DNA of 64,000 nucleotides from a virus (taxonomy: Duplodnaviria; Caudoviricetes), in the IMG/VR virus record IMGVR_UViG_2545824562_000002, positions 1,261-65,260 of that record; one strand, given 5' to 3'. Positions 18,564-28,988 of this stretch are shown here, in pieces (the first letter of the stretch is position 1; the number at the start of each line of letters is the position of its first letter). A model generated the notes under the pieces. It was given only the letters and a program-made list of their open reading frames with translations, was not told the origin of the DNA and ran no database searches. A program made the position numbers and the translations under genes.

Positions 18564-21563
18564 TTATGTCGGAGCGAAGCCGTCATCATCGTCGTAGTAG
18601 TCGTCGCGATATTCCAAGGCGGTAAAGTCGCAACTACCATCACTACCTGGGCTGATCTCACTCATCATCGCGCTGTAACCCACCCGGGTGGACGCAGCGA
18701 ACAGAAGCCTTGCCGGCTCGATCGAGAGGTCTGTGATCAGGTCAAAGTCCAACGCACTCGCCGGGATGCTCATCGTGTAATCGTCTACATAGGTGGGGAC
18801 AATCAGTGGCGTTGCAGAGCCGTCGTGTCGGCGAAGCATGATGCGCGGGCTCTCCACTTCCCAATCCAAAGGCTCGGTGAGCTGGAGAACAACCATTTCC
18901 CCGACCTGCTGGGCTCCGACAATCAGAGCGGACTGGCTGGTACCGGGAATGTCGTCGGCGAGAGCGACATGATCGAAGCGCTCATAGCAGAGCGCTTCAA
19001 GGTCGGTAGTGCTTGAGTAGGCCCAGCGCTGATACATGTGTTTTCGCAGAGCGCGCATCCCAATTCGCCAAGCGCGATCTCGATCCAGCACCCCATCCAG
19101 GGTGATCGTGTCGACCTTCAGGCCAAGACTTTCGCCAATGCGGCATGGGACGGTTTCCTCGGACCAGGTGCGCGGATCGACGTACTTCACGTCGACGCCG
19201 TCGAAGTCATCCTGTCCTGGAGCTGTAAACGAAGCAGTGAGCTCTTCCGTCATCTCATGATTAGTGATGGTGCCCCGCACAGGCTGTACACCCTCCCTGA
19301 TTGCGCTAATCAGTCCCTCCGTCAGGGTGAGATGACTCATACCGGCGGCGAAAATGGTCTGCAGCACTTCTCGAACCGAAGAGGACTCTGTGTATTCCAG
19401 GTCGAATGTCTCGCCGCGCGGGGTCCAGTGGGTACCTTCTAACTGGTTCAGCTTGGCCACGTCCGTTTGATCAACGGGAATCCCCAAGCTATTCAGCACA
19501 TGCAGTGATGCCCCACTGATAGAACGGCCGGGGGCGCCTTCATACAAACGCTCGGCGACCATGCTCACTCGGCGATCAGACTGGGCGCCGAGGCGATCAC
19601 CTGTCCTGATGGAGGCGGTGAATAGAGTCACCCCCTGATAAGCAACCGGCGCTTGCAACCGCGATCGCAGACCGAACCAATAGACCGTATCGCGCGTGTT
19701 GCCGCCGCCCTCAGGATTTTCACGCCTCACCCGGTACTGAGGCCTCATCTTGTGAGGAAGGTTATGCCTGAAGGTGAAGCCGATGGCGTCCTCTGTATTG
19801 CTTTGCAGGGTATGCGTTTCGCGATTCCAATCACCTCCGATCGCCGCATCTCTCCACTCCACGAAGATATTGATCGATCCAGCCCGACGGTGACCATTGC
19901 TCTTGTACCAGGCTAGGCCACCAGGCAGATGGAAATCGTATTCGACGGTGTCGGTGAGCTCCTGCTCCGGGACCGCCATAAAAGGCCCGAGCCAATTCAC
20001 GTCTGCCGCACCATCGGCGCCAAGCGAATAGTCCAACAGCGTTCGGGCGGCAAACCCTGCCCAACTGGTATCAACAAGCCCCATATCCGTCAGACGCTGC
20101 AGGGTCATGGTCAGGCCGTCGATTGCCGTGATGGTATAGCGATGACCACGATAGCCCAGGGCGATGCGTTGCGACCCATCATCAAGACCGGCGAACGGCG
20201 TGCCATTCTCATACATAAGCTCAATGTAAGCAGCCTTCTCGGGCGTTCCCCCTGCTGAAGCGGCGCCTATACTGTACACCGGCGCCACGCCGAATACCGC
20301 CACCGGAGCGTTAGATTGAGACAGCGCCCCTCCCCGATAAGGGCTGGCGGGCTCAGCAATCAGCAAACGTCCCGAGTCGTCCCGCGCTGTCAGCCCCATG
20401 CCATCGAGCTGGGAGGTGATAGCAGATACCAACCCGCTCATGTTCAAGTAGTTGGAGGCTAGAGAAATCGTCCGCGCCTCACCCTGATAAGTGATTGTCC
20501 AGACCGCAGGCGTGCTGGAAAAGTCATAGAGGGTCGGTGAGGCGCTGGCCCGCACAGAGGACGGACTGCCACCAACCCCGGCCACCGGAGGAACGAAGGG
20601 TGAGTAGCTGGCCACCACCAGGTCATAGTCCACGTCGGTGGACAGCGTGACCTTCATTCCAACGAATGGCGCCAAGTCTCCGAGAGCCCCCGCGATTCGG
20701 TCGTATTCCCCAACGGAGGACACGGTGTAGCTGTTCGGCGTGCGCATGGTGACCGTCACGCCAGCGCCCCACTCTTCAGGAAACTCAGGGCTATCACCGG
20801 CGAGGCTGACACTCAGCCCGGCCAAAATCAGCGCATCAGCGATGGCCGACGTACCCCCGGTTGCCGTGGAAGCCGTGTCGAGACCCGAGGTGCCGGCGTC
20901 GGTGCCACCCACCTCTCCCACGGAGTACCAGTTCTCGGCCCGCGAGTCACCGGCCAGGCTTTCGCCTGGACCGTAGAACGCGTAGGACACATCAGCCCCA
21001 AAGGCAGCCAAGGGGGTGTCTCCGATCTTGATGCTGCTCGGCAGGATCGCATGGGATCCTGCGCCGACGCACAGACACAGACTAACGTGCAGTTCGCGCT
21101 GGTTCACAAACCGCGAAACTGGCTGCACCACGTAGTCCGGGTACACCTTATAGCGGCCCAGGATCTCCCGTATGGGTTCGTTCACTTTGGCGCGGTTGGC
21201 CTTAGCCGGGTTGAGGTCGATGGACTCGCCCTGCCCTGGCTGTGAAATCCCCGGGGTTTTCATCGAAAGGACGAGGACCAGGGTCACGGCGGCAACGGCG
21301 ATTGCAACCCAGGCAGCCACTTCAAGGCCTGTCCCCTTTGCCACCGGGTAGATTTTGAGATCCGTCTCAGGCTGAACCATGAATGCTGGCCACGCCTCTG
21401 TCGGCAGAGTGACACCATCCACATCAATGCAAATCGGGTGCTCGCGCTCCAGCGTGAAGTCAGGGGCCAAGCGCTTGAGCCACTCAACCAATAGGACCGG
21501 CTTGTCGATCACATGGACTTCAAGCGGCTCTCCCTGCAACCGGCTCGGGTAAATCCTGATCAT
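18564..21563 (-). CDS. Tail tip / host-specificity protein (TipJ-like)
   Basis: 999 aa, EPIREILGRYKVYPDY, DFDGVDVKYVD, position after NlpC/P60. Confidence 0.85.
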   Translation of the reverse strand: MIRIYPSRLQGEPLEVHVIDKPVLLVEWLKRLAPDFTLEREHPICIDVDGVTLPTEAWPAFMVQPETDLKIYPVAKGTGLEVAAWVAIAVAAVTLVLVLSMKTPGISQPGQGESIDLNPAKANRAKVNEPIREILGRYKVYPDYVVQPVSRFVNQRELHVSLCLCVGAGSHAILPSSIKIGDTPLAAFGADVSYAFYGPGESLAGDSRAENWYSVGEVGGTDAGTSGLDTASTATGGTSAIADALILAGLSVSLAGDSPEFPEEWGAGVTVTMRTPNSYTVSSVGEYDRIAGALGDLAPFVGMKVTLSTDVDYDLVVASYSPFVPPVAGVGGSPSSVRASASPTLYDFSSTPAVWTITYQGEARTISLASNYLNMSGLVSAITSQLDGMGLTARDDSGRLLIAEPASPYRGGALSQSNAPVAVFGVAPVYSIGAASAGGTPEKAAYIELMYENGTPFAGLDDGSQRIALGYRGHRYTITAIDGLTMTLQRLTDMGLVDTSWAGFAARTLLDYSLGADGAADVNWLGPFMAVPEQELTDTVEYDFHLPGGLAWYKSNGHRRAGSINIFVEWRDAAIGGDWNRETHTLQSNTEDAIGFTFRHNLPHKMRPQYRVRRENPEGGGNTRDTVYWFGLRSRLQAPVAYQGVTLFTASIRTGDRLGAQSDRRVSMVAERLYEGAPGRSISGASLHVLNSLGIPVDQTDVAKLNQLEGTHWTPRGETFDLEYTESSSVREVLQTIFAAGMSHLTLTEGLISAIREGVQPVRGTITNHEMTEELTASFTAPGQDDFDGVDVKYVDPRTWSEETVPCRIGESLGLKVDTITLDGVLDRDRAWRIGMRALRKHMYQRWAYSSTTDLEALCYERFDHVALADDIPGTSQSALIVGAQQVGEMVVLQLTEPLDWEVESPRIMLRRHDGSATPLIVPTYVDDYTMSIPASALDFDLITDLSIEPARLLFAASTRVGYSAMMSEISPGSDGSCDFTALEYRDDYYDDDDGFAPT

Positions 21564-21940
21564 CGGTAGTACTCCACACGGGAAAAGCGGCGTTCAAAAC
21601 GACGCAGTGGCGTCAGGCTTACATTGCGTTTTTGGTTGATCTCCAGCACTTCCAGAGCCCCGGCCACCTCCAGCACGATGGCGACGTGGTCTTGCACCTG
21701 CCCCCGATACGCCGCCGCAACCGCACCATGCCCAGGCTCGCAGAGTGAAACAGCGTGCAGAATCATCTCGTCGCATGCTCTAGCAAAGCCGCCATCAGCC
21801 TTACGCATCTCCGCCCACTCCGGCCACGCGGGAAGGCCAAGGTCGCGGCGAACCTCCAATACCAGCCCGTAGCAGTCAACGCGCGGCCACAGTCGACCGC
21901 CCTCGACGTAGATGCCGAGGGTGTATTTGTCGATGTTCAT
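21560..21940 (-). CDS. Tail assembly NlpC/P60-like protein
   Basis: YVEGGR...VDCYGLV...HVAIV. Confidence 0.85.
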   Translation of the reverse strand: MNIDKYTLGIYVEGGRLWPRVDCYGLVLEVRRDLGLPAWPEWAEMRKADGGFARACDEMILHAVSLCEPGHGAVAAAYRGQVQDHVAIVLEVAGALEVLEINQKRNVSLTPLRRFERRFSRVEYYR

Positions 21941-22416
21941 ATGTAGCGAAGCCCTGGGAATTCGTTGAGGTTGTAGGTGTTGCGGGGCCAGCGGGTGTCC
22001 AGTAGGTCGAAATAGCCGGCGGTGACGGAAACCTGGGTTGCTGTGACGGTGCCGCCCTTGATTCTGAATCGGTGCGGCGCATGGGCAGGAGCGCCCAAAT
22101 CGTCAGAGGTGTAGGCCCGGTAAATCAGCGACATCGTACGCCGCTCACTCAGGGCGTCCCGGATGAAGCTGGAAGCCTTACCATCCACATTGCTCAGCGC
22201 AAAAGTCAGGTCCTGGGTGCCGTCATCATTGCGCGCCGGCAGAGCCAATTCCATGCCGCACGGCGTGCAGGCCACCACCTCCCCCGTTTCCAGTGTGACG
22301 GTCAGTTCATCCCAGCCCTGGGTCATGCGGTAAGTGGTAACTCCATCGCTGACTTCTAGCACTTCATGGATGATCTCGGGGCCTGAGCTCGCGTAGAGTC
22401 GCTTCAGGATACTCAT
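21937..22416 (-). CDS. Minor tail protein (DUF1833-like)
   Basis: LKRLYASSG, LALPARNDDGTQDLTFALSNV, FPGLRY. Confidence 0.85.
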   Translation of the reverse strand: MSILKRLYASSGPEIIHEVLEVSDGVTTYRMTQGWDELTVTLETGEVVACTPCGMELALPARNDDGTQDLTFALSNVDGKASSFIRDALSERRTMSLIYRAYTSDDLGAPAHAPHRFRIKGGTVTATQVSVTAGYFDLLDTRWPRNTYNLNEFPGLRYI

Positions 22417-25400
22417 CGCGCTGATCTCTTCACTGACCATCCCGTGGCAAGTGCCCTTGACACGTCGCCATTCCCCCTGGCCAGGTCGCCCGCAATCTGT
22501 TTCTTGGCCTCGCGAATGAACACCTTCATGCGGTCACCGTCCTGCTGCACATCAACTTGGGCCGGGACATATTGATTAATCTCGACATTCATTGGCGCGG
22601 CACCAGGATTGACCAATGGCCCCTCCGATAAAGCCGGGACGGATATCGCCGAAAGTGATGGTGCCGGGGATGATCCGACATACCCTCCGCTCGAATAACC
22701 ACGCTTGTTTAAGCCTTCAAGGTAATCACGCATACCCGGCAGCTGGACCACTTCTTTTCGCAGGACAAACTCACCTCCGTGGACAACGCCTTTCGGCTCA
22801 AACTTGCCGCCGTCGCCGGTGTAGCCGCCGCTGGAAAATCCCGCCAAGGCCATGCCGGCGACCATGCCAGCGTTCGCATACCCAGCCGCGAGCAGCGCCG
22901 CACCTACCGGAATACCGCCAAGAATCGTCAGCTCTGCAGGAGCTTTAGCCGCCGCGATCTGCGCATTCATGATGATCGAGGCAACCGCGAAGGCTTTCTG
23001 TGCAGCGAACAACGCCTGATATGCCCCAGACTGTTCGCCGGCAATTTTGCCCACCATGTCAGCAGCCTGACCGGAGAGCTCACCGAAAGTGCTCACCACT
23101 GCAACCTTGTACGAATCCTGGATGCTCGACAGCCGCTCGTTGTTGGTTCGTGTTATGTCGGCGACCCGATCCAGATACTGCTGTTCTGCAGCGAGACGCT
23201 GCTCATTGGTGCTCTGCTGGTTAGCCAGGATCTGGTCGCGAAGCTCGGCCTGCATGGTCAGCTGTTTGTCATGCCACTCCTTGAGAGCCGCCTCGGCTTC
23301 GGCGATTTTGATCAGCTCACCCGATGCGCCGGCGACCGAAGCATCAAGACCGCCATACTCGGGTGCTTCCGTGAGCGTTGCTTTGGAGATTGCGTCTGCA
23401 CCTGCGCGGTATTGATCCGAACTCAGCGTGCCGGCGCGATTGGCCGTCTCCAGCACCTTCATCCGCTCGCGAGTAGTCGCCAGCAGTGCTTGTTCCTGCG
23501 TCTGCAGACTGGCCATGAGCGAGTCGTATTCCTTTCGCGCATTCAGCGCATCCAGCTCTATCGCCTTGCCCTCCAGGCGCAGCTTGTTCTGCTGGCTCAG
23601 TTGCGACAACTCACCATTGGCCAGGTCATAGCGAAGACGGCCCAACTCAGTCGTCTCGCCGTACAGCACAACCTGCTGAGTGAGGTTTGCCAGGGTCTGC
23701 TTGTAGGCGTCGTTCAGGCGCTCGGCCTGTCGCTGAATATCCTCGGAGGCCTTCTTGGCCCGCTGCTGCGCTTCCTCGGATGCTTTGGCTGCTGCCTCGG
23801 ACCCTTGAATGGCGGTGGCGAGGATTCGCCAGCCCTCAGCGGTACCCGGGTCAACCCCTTCACGCTCGATCCGGCGGTTGATTTCGCCCAGAAGATCGCC
23901 ACCGTCACGAACAGATTGCAGCCGCTCCACCAGGTTCTTGGTGTAGCTGTTCCAACCGTCGACCGTCCTCTGGTCCGGCCCCGGCATGCTCTTCAAACCA
24001 GCGTTTGCACCAGCCGCAGCAGCGGCAACGTCATCCAGCCGGCCGCGCAGCATGTTGGCCACGTCGCCATAATCGCCCGAGGCCTTGATTGCCTCCCCGT
24101 ACGCCGCAGCTGAGGCGTTGATGGTTTTGGTCATCTCCTCGTTTGGCCGGATGGCAGCGACAAGCTGCTGGGTGGCCGAATCAATATCCTGGCCACCAGC
24201 AACACGACGATTGAACTGGGTTACTGCCTGATCACGCTGGAATGGGTTTGCACCGTAGGTGTCGCCCCATTTGTCATTGCCCTGGGCCGACGCGCGAATC
24301 TCCCGCAACGCCCTCTGCGCCGCAATCTGGGCATCAGCTTGCTGCTGTAGAACGCCGGCCAGCTTATAGCGGGCCTGCTCCTTGCCTAGCTCGGCAAACT
24401 CCTTACGAAGCTCTTCGACAGGCCGCTTGAGGTCCACGGTGGCTTTTTGGACTTTTTCGCTACTGTCTTTGAAAAGGAGGTAGCTGGCCGCGACTGCACC
24501 AACCGTAACTGCAAGACCCGCAGGCCCGCCCAGAACTCCCAACAATGCACCACCCGCTCTGCTTACCAGGGATGTTGCTGCATTGTTCGCAGCCTGAGCG
24601 GCGGTCTGCGCGGCTGCGGCCTGGGCATCTTGAAGTCGAGCCAGGCGCAGCCTGCTCAGTGCGGCGGCATGAGCATCGGTGAACTTGGTAGCTGCAACCT
24701 GCGCTTCGGCTGCAATGGTCTCGGCAGCTGCTCGGCGGACCGCCATTGTTGCCGCATCTAACTGGGCAGCAGTTCTTCCGATCTCTGCAGATTGAGCGCT
24801 GCGGATTGCCTTTACCTGGTCCAACAGTTCCTTGGTGAAGTCGAGAACCTTTCTCCCGCCGTATGCAGCCCCAAGCGTCAGTGCTGATGCAGCCAGTACA
24901 TCCATGTTCTCAGCAACTAACGTAATAGCTGCCGCTAGAACTTTCGTGCTACCGGTGGTGCCATCCAGCCCGCCAGCCCATGCCTGAAACGAGTTGTTTA
25001 CGGTAGTCATGGCCGCACCCACGGACCCGGGAAGTTCCTTAAATTCTCCCTGAAGTGTACCTAGCTGGCTGATCAGAGCTGGAACAACTTTATCAATCGT
25101 AAGCAGCCCTTGGTCCGCCATCGCTTTCAAGTCTTTCCGAGCGACCCCCATCCCTGTTGCCAGTGCTCGAATAACTCGATCGCCGTTTTCGTTGACAGAG
25201 TTGAACTCCTCACCTCTCAGTACCCCTTGACCAAGGGCCTGAGAGAACTGAGTGATCACAGATGATGCTTCGGCGCCCCCCGCTCCCGATAGCTGTAGGC
25301 CGAGCGCCAAAGCTTCAGTTACACCCAGCACATCGCTCGAGGAAAACCCAAACTCGCGCATGGATGCGGAAGATCTGCTAAATAGGTTTGCGTTATCTGC

Positions 25401-25784
25401 GAAGGCCGTTCCGGTTCTTTGGCTAACTTCAAATAATGCTTTCTGGCTGACGGTAAAGTCTTCCGTACTCGTAGACGCCTGCTTAAGCCTGGCGTTAACC
25501 TGATTCCAGCTATCTGCCTGGTGAATCAGATTTCCGACTGCCAGCGCCCCCGCCATCGCAGTTGCATATCCTCCGACAGAGGACGTTAGAGATTGCATGG
25601 CCGTACTTTGAGCGCGAACCGCAGCTTCCTGTGATCGCCAAGAGCTTACCGAGTCCCGATTGCCTGCCGTAATGGTACGCAGATAGTTCTGCCCCATTCT
25701 CCCAGCTTTGGCCATCTCGCGCTGATAAGCACTGGTCTCAGCGGACACGCTAACGATCAGAGAGCGAAGTGTTTGCCCTGCCAT
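22413..25784 (-). CDS. Tape measure protein
   Basis: 1123 aa Ala-rich; QFSQALGQGVLRGEEFNSV; GFSSGGYTGDGGKFEPKGVVHGGEFV. Confidence 0.95.
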   Translation of the reverse strand: MAGQTLRSLIVSVSAETSAYQREMAKAGRMGQNYLRTITAGNRDSVSSWRSQEAAVRAQSTAMQSLTSSVGGYATAMAGALAVGNLIHQADSWNQVNARLKQASTSTEDFTVSQKALFEVSQRTGTAFADNANLFSRSSASMREFGFSSSDVLGVTEALALGLQLSGAGGAEASSVITQFSQALGQGVLRGEEFNSVNENGDRVIRALATGMGVARKDLKAMADQGLLTIDKVVPALISQLGTLQGEFKELPGSVGAAMTTVNNSFQAWAGGLDGTTGSTKVLAAAITLVAENMDVLAASALTLGAAYGGRKVLDFTKELLDQVKAIRSAQSAEIGRTAAQLDAATMAVRRAAAETIAAEAQVAATKFTDAHAAALSRLRLARLQDAQAAAAQTAAQAANNAATSLVSRAGGALLGVLGGPAGLAVTVGAVAASYLLFKDSSEKVQKATVDLKRPVEELRKEFAELGKEQARYKLAGVLQQQADAQIAAQRALREIRASAQGNDKWGDTYGANPFQRDQAVTQFNRRVAGGQDIDSATQQLVAAIRPNEEMTKTINASAAAYGEAIKASGDYGDVANMLRGRLDDVAAAAAGANAGLKSMPGPDQRTVDGWNSYTKNLVERLQSVRDGGDLLGEINRRIEREGVDPGTAEGWRILATAIQGSEAAAKASEEAQQRAKKASEDIQRQAERLNDAYKQTLANLTQQVVLYGETTELGRLRYDLANGELSQLSQQNKLRLEGKAIELDALNARKEYDSLMASLQTQEQALLATTRERMKVLETANRAGTLSSDQYRAGADAISKATLTEAPEYGGLDASVAGASGELIKIAEAEAALKEWHDKQLTMQAELRDQILANQQSTNEQRLAAEQQYLDRVADITRTNNERLSSIQDSYKVAVVSTFGELSGQAADMVGKIAGEQSGAYQALFAAQKAFAVASIIMNAQIAAAKAPAELTILGGIPVGAALLAAGYANAGMVAGMALAGFSSGGYTGDGGKFEPKGVVHGGEFVLRKEVVQLPGMRDYLEGLNKRGYSSGGYVGSSPAPSLSAISVPALSEGPLVNPGAAPMNVEINQYVPAQVDVQQDGDRMKVFIREAKKQIAGDLARGNGDVSRALATGWSVKRSAR

Positions 25785-25801
25785 GCATTTCTCCAGACAT
25801 T

Positions 25802-25823
25802 AAAAAACCCGCCGAAGCGGGTT
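25802..25823 (-). terminator. Terminator after the lipoprotein moron
   Basis: Minus strand AACCCGCTTCGGCGGGTTTTTT. Confidence 0.75.
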
Positions 25824-26178
25824 AATTTGTTCTTTCACTTTGAATAATCTCATCACCTTCATCGATGTAAAACCTCCATCGATTCCGGCAATCTGCATAC
25901 ACAACGATTTTATCTGGAGCGCTACTCAGCTTCTCAGATAGCCCAACGTACTCCACCTGATCGCATCGATTTTGTTTGCTGGCCTTGAATAGAGCAGTCC
26001 GCTCAACTTTCTTGATTCGTTCAATTCCAGATTCCCCCCACTTCTGAAAAGTTTTAGGGTAATTTTCTCGTGTGTAAACAGAAAGGGCAGACTCGTCCAC
26101 TACGACCTCAGAGTCTGGCCTCTCAGAGTTACCGCAACCGGAGATCAACAGCGGCAGAATAAATAATAAGCGCTTCAT
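25822..26178 (-). CDS. Lipoprotein moron between tail chaperone and tape measure genes
   Basis: MKRLLFILPLLISGC lipobox, AAGGAG RBS, AT-rich, own terminator. Confidence 0.8.
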   Translation of the reverse strand: MKRLLFILPLLISGCGNSERPDSEVVVDESALSVYTRENYPKTFQKWGESGIERIKKVERTALFKASKQNRCDQVEYVGLSEKLSSAPDKIVVYADCRNRWRFYIDEGDEIIQSERTN

Positions 26179-26240
26179 ATTTCCTCCTTGGAAACGGAGG
26201 AATCTACCACGATGCACCATGTCGAAAAAAACTCGTCGAT

Positions 26241-26537
26241 CTAGCTCTCAACCGATTTCGACATCAAGAAGGCCTTGAACAACTCCTCCCCTTCCTCCGG
26301 AGCCTGCTCGAGAGCCGGCTTCTCCGACTTCCATTGCGGCAGCAGATCCATCGGGGTCACCTTGGCGCCCTGAGCCTGCAGCGTGGAAGCAGCTACGATC
26401 GCAGCCTGGATGTCGCCTCGAGCATCGCTCAGCGGCGAATCCTCGTTGTAGGCCTGCCAGAGGAACAGTTCCTCGGCGCTCATACTCTGCTTGAGATCCT
26501 GAAGGGTCATACCAAGCCGGAGGGCCAGAGTCAGCAT
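26241..26537 (-). CDS. Tail assembly chaperone gpT part (reached by -1 frameshift)
   Basis: MLTLALRLGMTL...SPLSDARGDIQAA; in the -1 frame after the slippery site. Confidence 0.85.
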   Translation of the reverse strand: MLTLALRLGMTLQDLKQSMSAEELFLWQAYNEDSPLSDARGDIQAAIVAASTLQAQGAKVTPMDLLPQWKSEKPALEQAPEEGEELFKAFLMSKSVES

Positions 26538-26560
26538 GAAGGCCAGCTCTGGTTCCTCCG

Positions 26561-27028
26561 TCAGCCGTTTCCCGCCGCTTCAACTGGGTCCTGAGCGCCA
26601 GCGCCTGCCTCGACGCCGCTCAGTTCGAAGGCCTTGCCCACCAGGCGGTCGTGAACAGGACTGAAGGCCTTGGCCACGACCGGCACATCCTCATCCTCGA
26701 AGATGCGGGCATGCGAGTCATCCAGCAGGGTGCGCGCCAGCACGAAGGCGTACAGCGGCGAAGTGTCGATATCGACCAAGCGAGCGGACGGGTTATCGTC
26801 ACCACCCTCCTCCGGCACTTCACCTAGGCCGACAGCGGCACGCGCTGCAGCTACTGCCGCAGCAGCACGGCGCCGGTATTCGGCCCAGTCACCTGCGCTC
26901 AAGGCCATCACCACGACCTTTGCGCCATCCCATTCCGGAACATCGAGCGGCTCGTGCTTGAAGTTCCGGATCGGGTCGAGCGCCATCGCGCGCAGGCTCT
27001 GTACGCCTGCCGTCTTTGCACGGGCCAT
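26561..27028 (-). CDS. Tail assembly chaperone gpG
   Basis: VPEWDGAKVVV, FSPVHDRLV; ends ...AAGNG. Confidence 0.85.
   Translation of the reverse strand: MARAKTAGVQSLRAMALDPIRNFKHEPLDVPEWDGAKVVVMALSAGDWAEYRRRAAAAVAAARAAVGLGEVPEEGGDDNPSARLVDIDTSPLYAFVLARTLLDDSHARIFEDEDVPVVAKAFSPVHDRLVGKAFELSGVEAGAGAQDPVEAAGNG
26567..26573 (-). other. Programmed -1 frameshift site G GGA AAC
   Basis: The -1 frame reads GKRLTEEPELAFMLTLALRL into the gpT ORF; equivalent to lambda G-T. Confidence 0.85.
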
Positions 27029-27498
27029 TATGGGGTCACCGGTGGCACGTCAAAGCTGACCTTGCCTGTGATGCGCACATTGAAAGTGCCATTGACGGTG
27101 CCGTTGGGCGCCGCGTCCCAGGTGAACTGGGTGACCAGGCCGAGGAAGGTAGAGGAAGTGCCGTCCTTGAATACCGACTTGAAGGCGCGCGGCTCGCCGT
27201 CGTCACGCGCGGTGCGCAGCACAGTTTGTGCCTCATCGTCAGCTTTCCAGTTGCCAGACATGCTGAAGGTGCCGTTGTCAGCCAGGCCTACAGTGAACTC
27301 CTTGGCTTCGCTGGCCAATGTGGTCACCTCGATTTCGTCCGACTGGCCGCCCTGGAACTGAGGCTGCTTGATAGTCACCGAGAGGTCGGCATACTCCAGA
27401 CCGGCTTGGGCCGGGTCGAGGGTGGTGGTTTTGGAAACGCTGAGAGCCGTGCCCTGCGTTTTTACGAACTTCGCTTTCGTTGGGTTCTGCGCGGCCAT
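27028..27498 (-). CDS. Major tail tube protein
   Basis: GGQSDEIEVTTLASEAKEFTVGLADNG. Confidence 0.9.
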   Translation of the reverse strand: MAAQNPTKAKFVKTQGTALSVSKTTTLDPAQAGLEYADLSVTIKQPQFQGGQSDEIEVTTLASEAKEFTVGLADNGTFSMSGNWKADDEAQTVLRTARDDGEPRAFKSVFKDGTSSTFLGLVTQFTWDAAPNGTVNGTFNVRITGKVSFDVPPVTP

Positions 27499-27506
27499 GG
27501 GGCCTC

Positions 27507-27854
27507 CTATGGTTGCAGGGTGTACTCCCAGCTCACGCTGAAGAGTTTGGTGTCATCTTCGAATTCGTCAGGCAGTCGATCGGCGGCGCCGGTGGTGAAG
27601 TCTTCGCCGTCGGTTGTCATGGCGCCGAAAGCTTCATCTGCGAGCGTCAGCGCTTGCAGATAGCTTTCGCCCCACGCGGATAGCTGGATGGTCAGGTCGC
27701 TTGACCCGTCCCAGCCAGCCAGGGTGAATCCGGTGAAGCCACTGATTGTCTGGATGACTAGACGCGGCTGGGCAGTCCCTTCGGGGGCAACGCCGAAGTA
27801 CACGCGCCCTTCGACAAGAGGCGACAACCTGTCGATAAGGGATTTCTCGATCAT
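27507..27854 (-). CDS. Tail terminator (DUF3168-like)
   Basis: GRVYFGVAPEGTAQP, synteny. Confidence 0.8.
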   Translation of the reverse strand: MIEKSLIDRLSPLVEGRVYFGVAPEGTAQPRLVIQTISGFTGFTLAGWDGSSDLTIQLSAWGESYLQALTLADEAFGAMTTDGEDFTTGAADRLPDEFEDDTKLFSVSWEYTLQP

Positions 27855-27858
27855 GGGA

Positions 27859-28329
27859 TTACCGGGTGATAGCGTTGTCGATGCCTTCGGCCAACTTGTC
27901 ACTTACAGCCTTTTCAATCTCTGGCAGGCTTCCGTCCCAGGCTGGCCGGATGAACGGATGGGCGCGCATCTTGGAAGTACCGAGCTCCAGAAATTTCCAG
28001 TAGTGCGGGGCGTCCCACTCCGTTGCCGTGGTACGCCCTTTCTTTCCTGGGCGTTTCAGAGCTTTCGCTTTCTTCCCGGGAGGATTCTTCACCCTAACAC
28101 CGGCAGTCACCGATCCAGGTGTATCAGACTGTTTAAGCCGGGCTGCAGTGATGTTTTTCTTGAGCTTGCCGGTTCGTACGGGTGCTGTTGCTCGGGCCTT
28201 ATCCCGGGCAACGCGGGCTCCGGCCATAACCGCGTCACGCGCAATCTTGTTACCCGCAGCTTTCGCCAGACGCTCGAAGTCGACCTGCAAGTCGCCCAAC
28301 CCCAACACAGTCAGCGATCCATGACTCAT
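27859..28329 (-). CDS. HK97 gp10-family neck/tail completion protein
   Basis: APVRTGKLKKNI, YWKFLELGTSKMRAHPFIRPA. Confidence 0.9.
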   Translation of the reverse strand: MSHGSLTVLGLGDLQVDFERLAKAAGNKIARDAVMAGARVARDKARATAPVRTGKLKKNITAARLKQSDTPGSVTAGVRVKNPPGKKAKALKRPGKKGRTTATEWDAPHYWKFLELGTSKMRAHPFIRPAWDGSLPEIEKAVSDKLAEGIDNAITR

Positions 28330-28646
28330 GACTTCTTCACCGTTTTGCACATGAGCTTCATCATGTCCCGCTGATTGGTGGGCAGCGGTGCGATGATCTC
28401 GTAAGTGGTACCCCGATGGATCAGGTGTTGACCAGCAACCACATCGCTGCAGTAGCGGATGTTGATTTCAGCGCTGACCGTAACCTGCATCTGTGACGCA
28501 GCTTGGTACATGCGGCCAGACGGAATGTTTATCTCTGCCCATATAGGGCCTAGCTCGCTCCACACCTTCGACGGCTGTCCCAAGGCATCCTTATCTTCGA
28601 TGAAGCCCTGACGCATGCACCGATGCCGCAATGGTCCGGCCCTCAT
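28326..28646 (-). CDS. Head closure / head-tail adaptor
   Basis: MRAGPLRHR, IWAEI, INIRY. Confidence 0.85.
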   Translation of the reverse strand: MRAGPLRHRCMRQGFIEDKDALGQPSKVWSELGPIWAEINIPSGRMYQAASQMQVTVSAEINIRYCSDVVAGQHLIHRGTTYEIIAPLPTNQRDMMKLMCKTVKKS

Positions 28647-28984
28647 ACGCCCCACCCGATACGGTGAGGAGTCAATAGTGACTGTGAACTCTGTGGTAAT
28701 TCTGTAGCGATCGTCCCTGTCACGACATCCTCTCTATTCGCGTAGAGGCGCCCGAGGATCAACAAGCAAGCTGCCCTGATCTGTTTGTTCATAACAATTG
28801 GGGAGTCGCCGGCCTCGCCAAGAGCGATAGCATCGTCCAATGCCTGCTGGTCGGCGTAAAAGCGACGGTTCAGAAAGTCCATTGCCTGCCCTTCGGCTGC
28901 ATCGATCAGGAGCTCCAGGTATTCGTCATCATCGTCCGGATCTCGAAGGTGATGCCGGGCGATGGACATGCTGATAACCGGCAT
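28643..28984 (-). CDS. Head-tail connector (HK97 gp6-like)
   Basis: ARHHLR, AACLLILGRLYANRE. Confidence 0.9.
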   Translation of the reverse strand: MPVISMSIARHHLRDPDDDDEYLELLIDAAEGQAMDFLNRRFYADQQALDDAIALGEAGDSPIVMNKQIRAACLLILGRLYANREDVVTGTIATELPQSSQSLLTPHRIGWGV

Positions 28985-28988
28985 GTCT

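Noticed and set aside
22779-24113. Long antisense ORFs (also 8637-9542, 29234-30805, 30802-31773, 48770-49714)
   Set aside because: Shadow frames of GC-rich genuine genes with no motifs.
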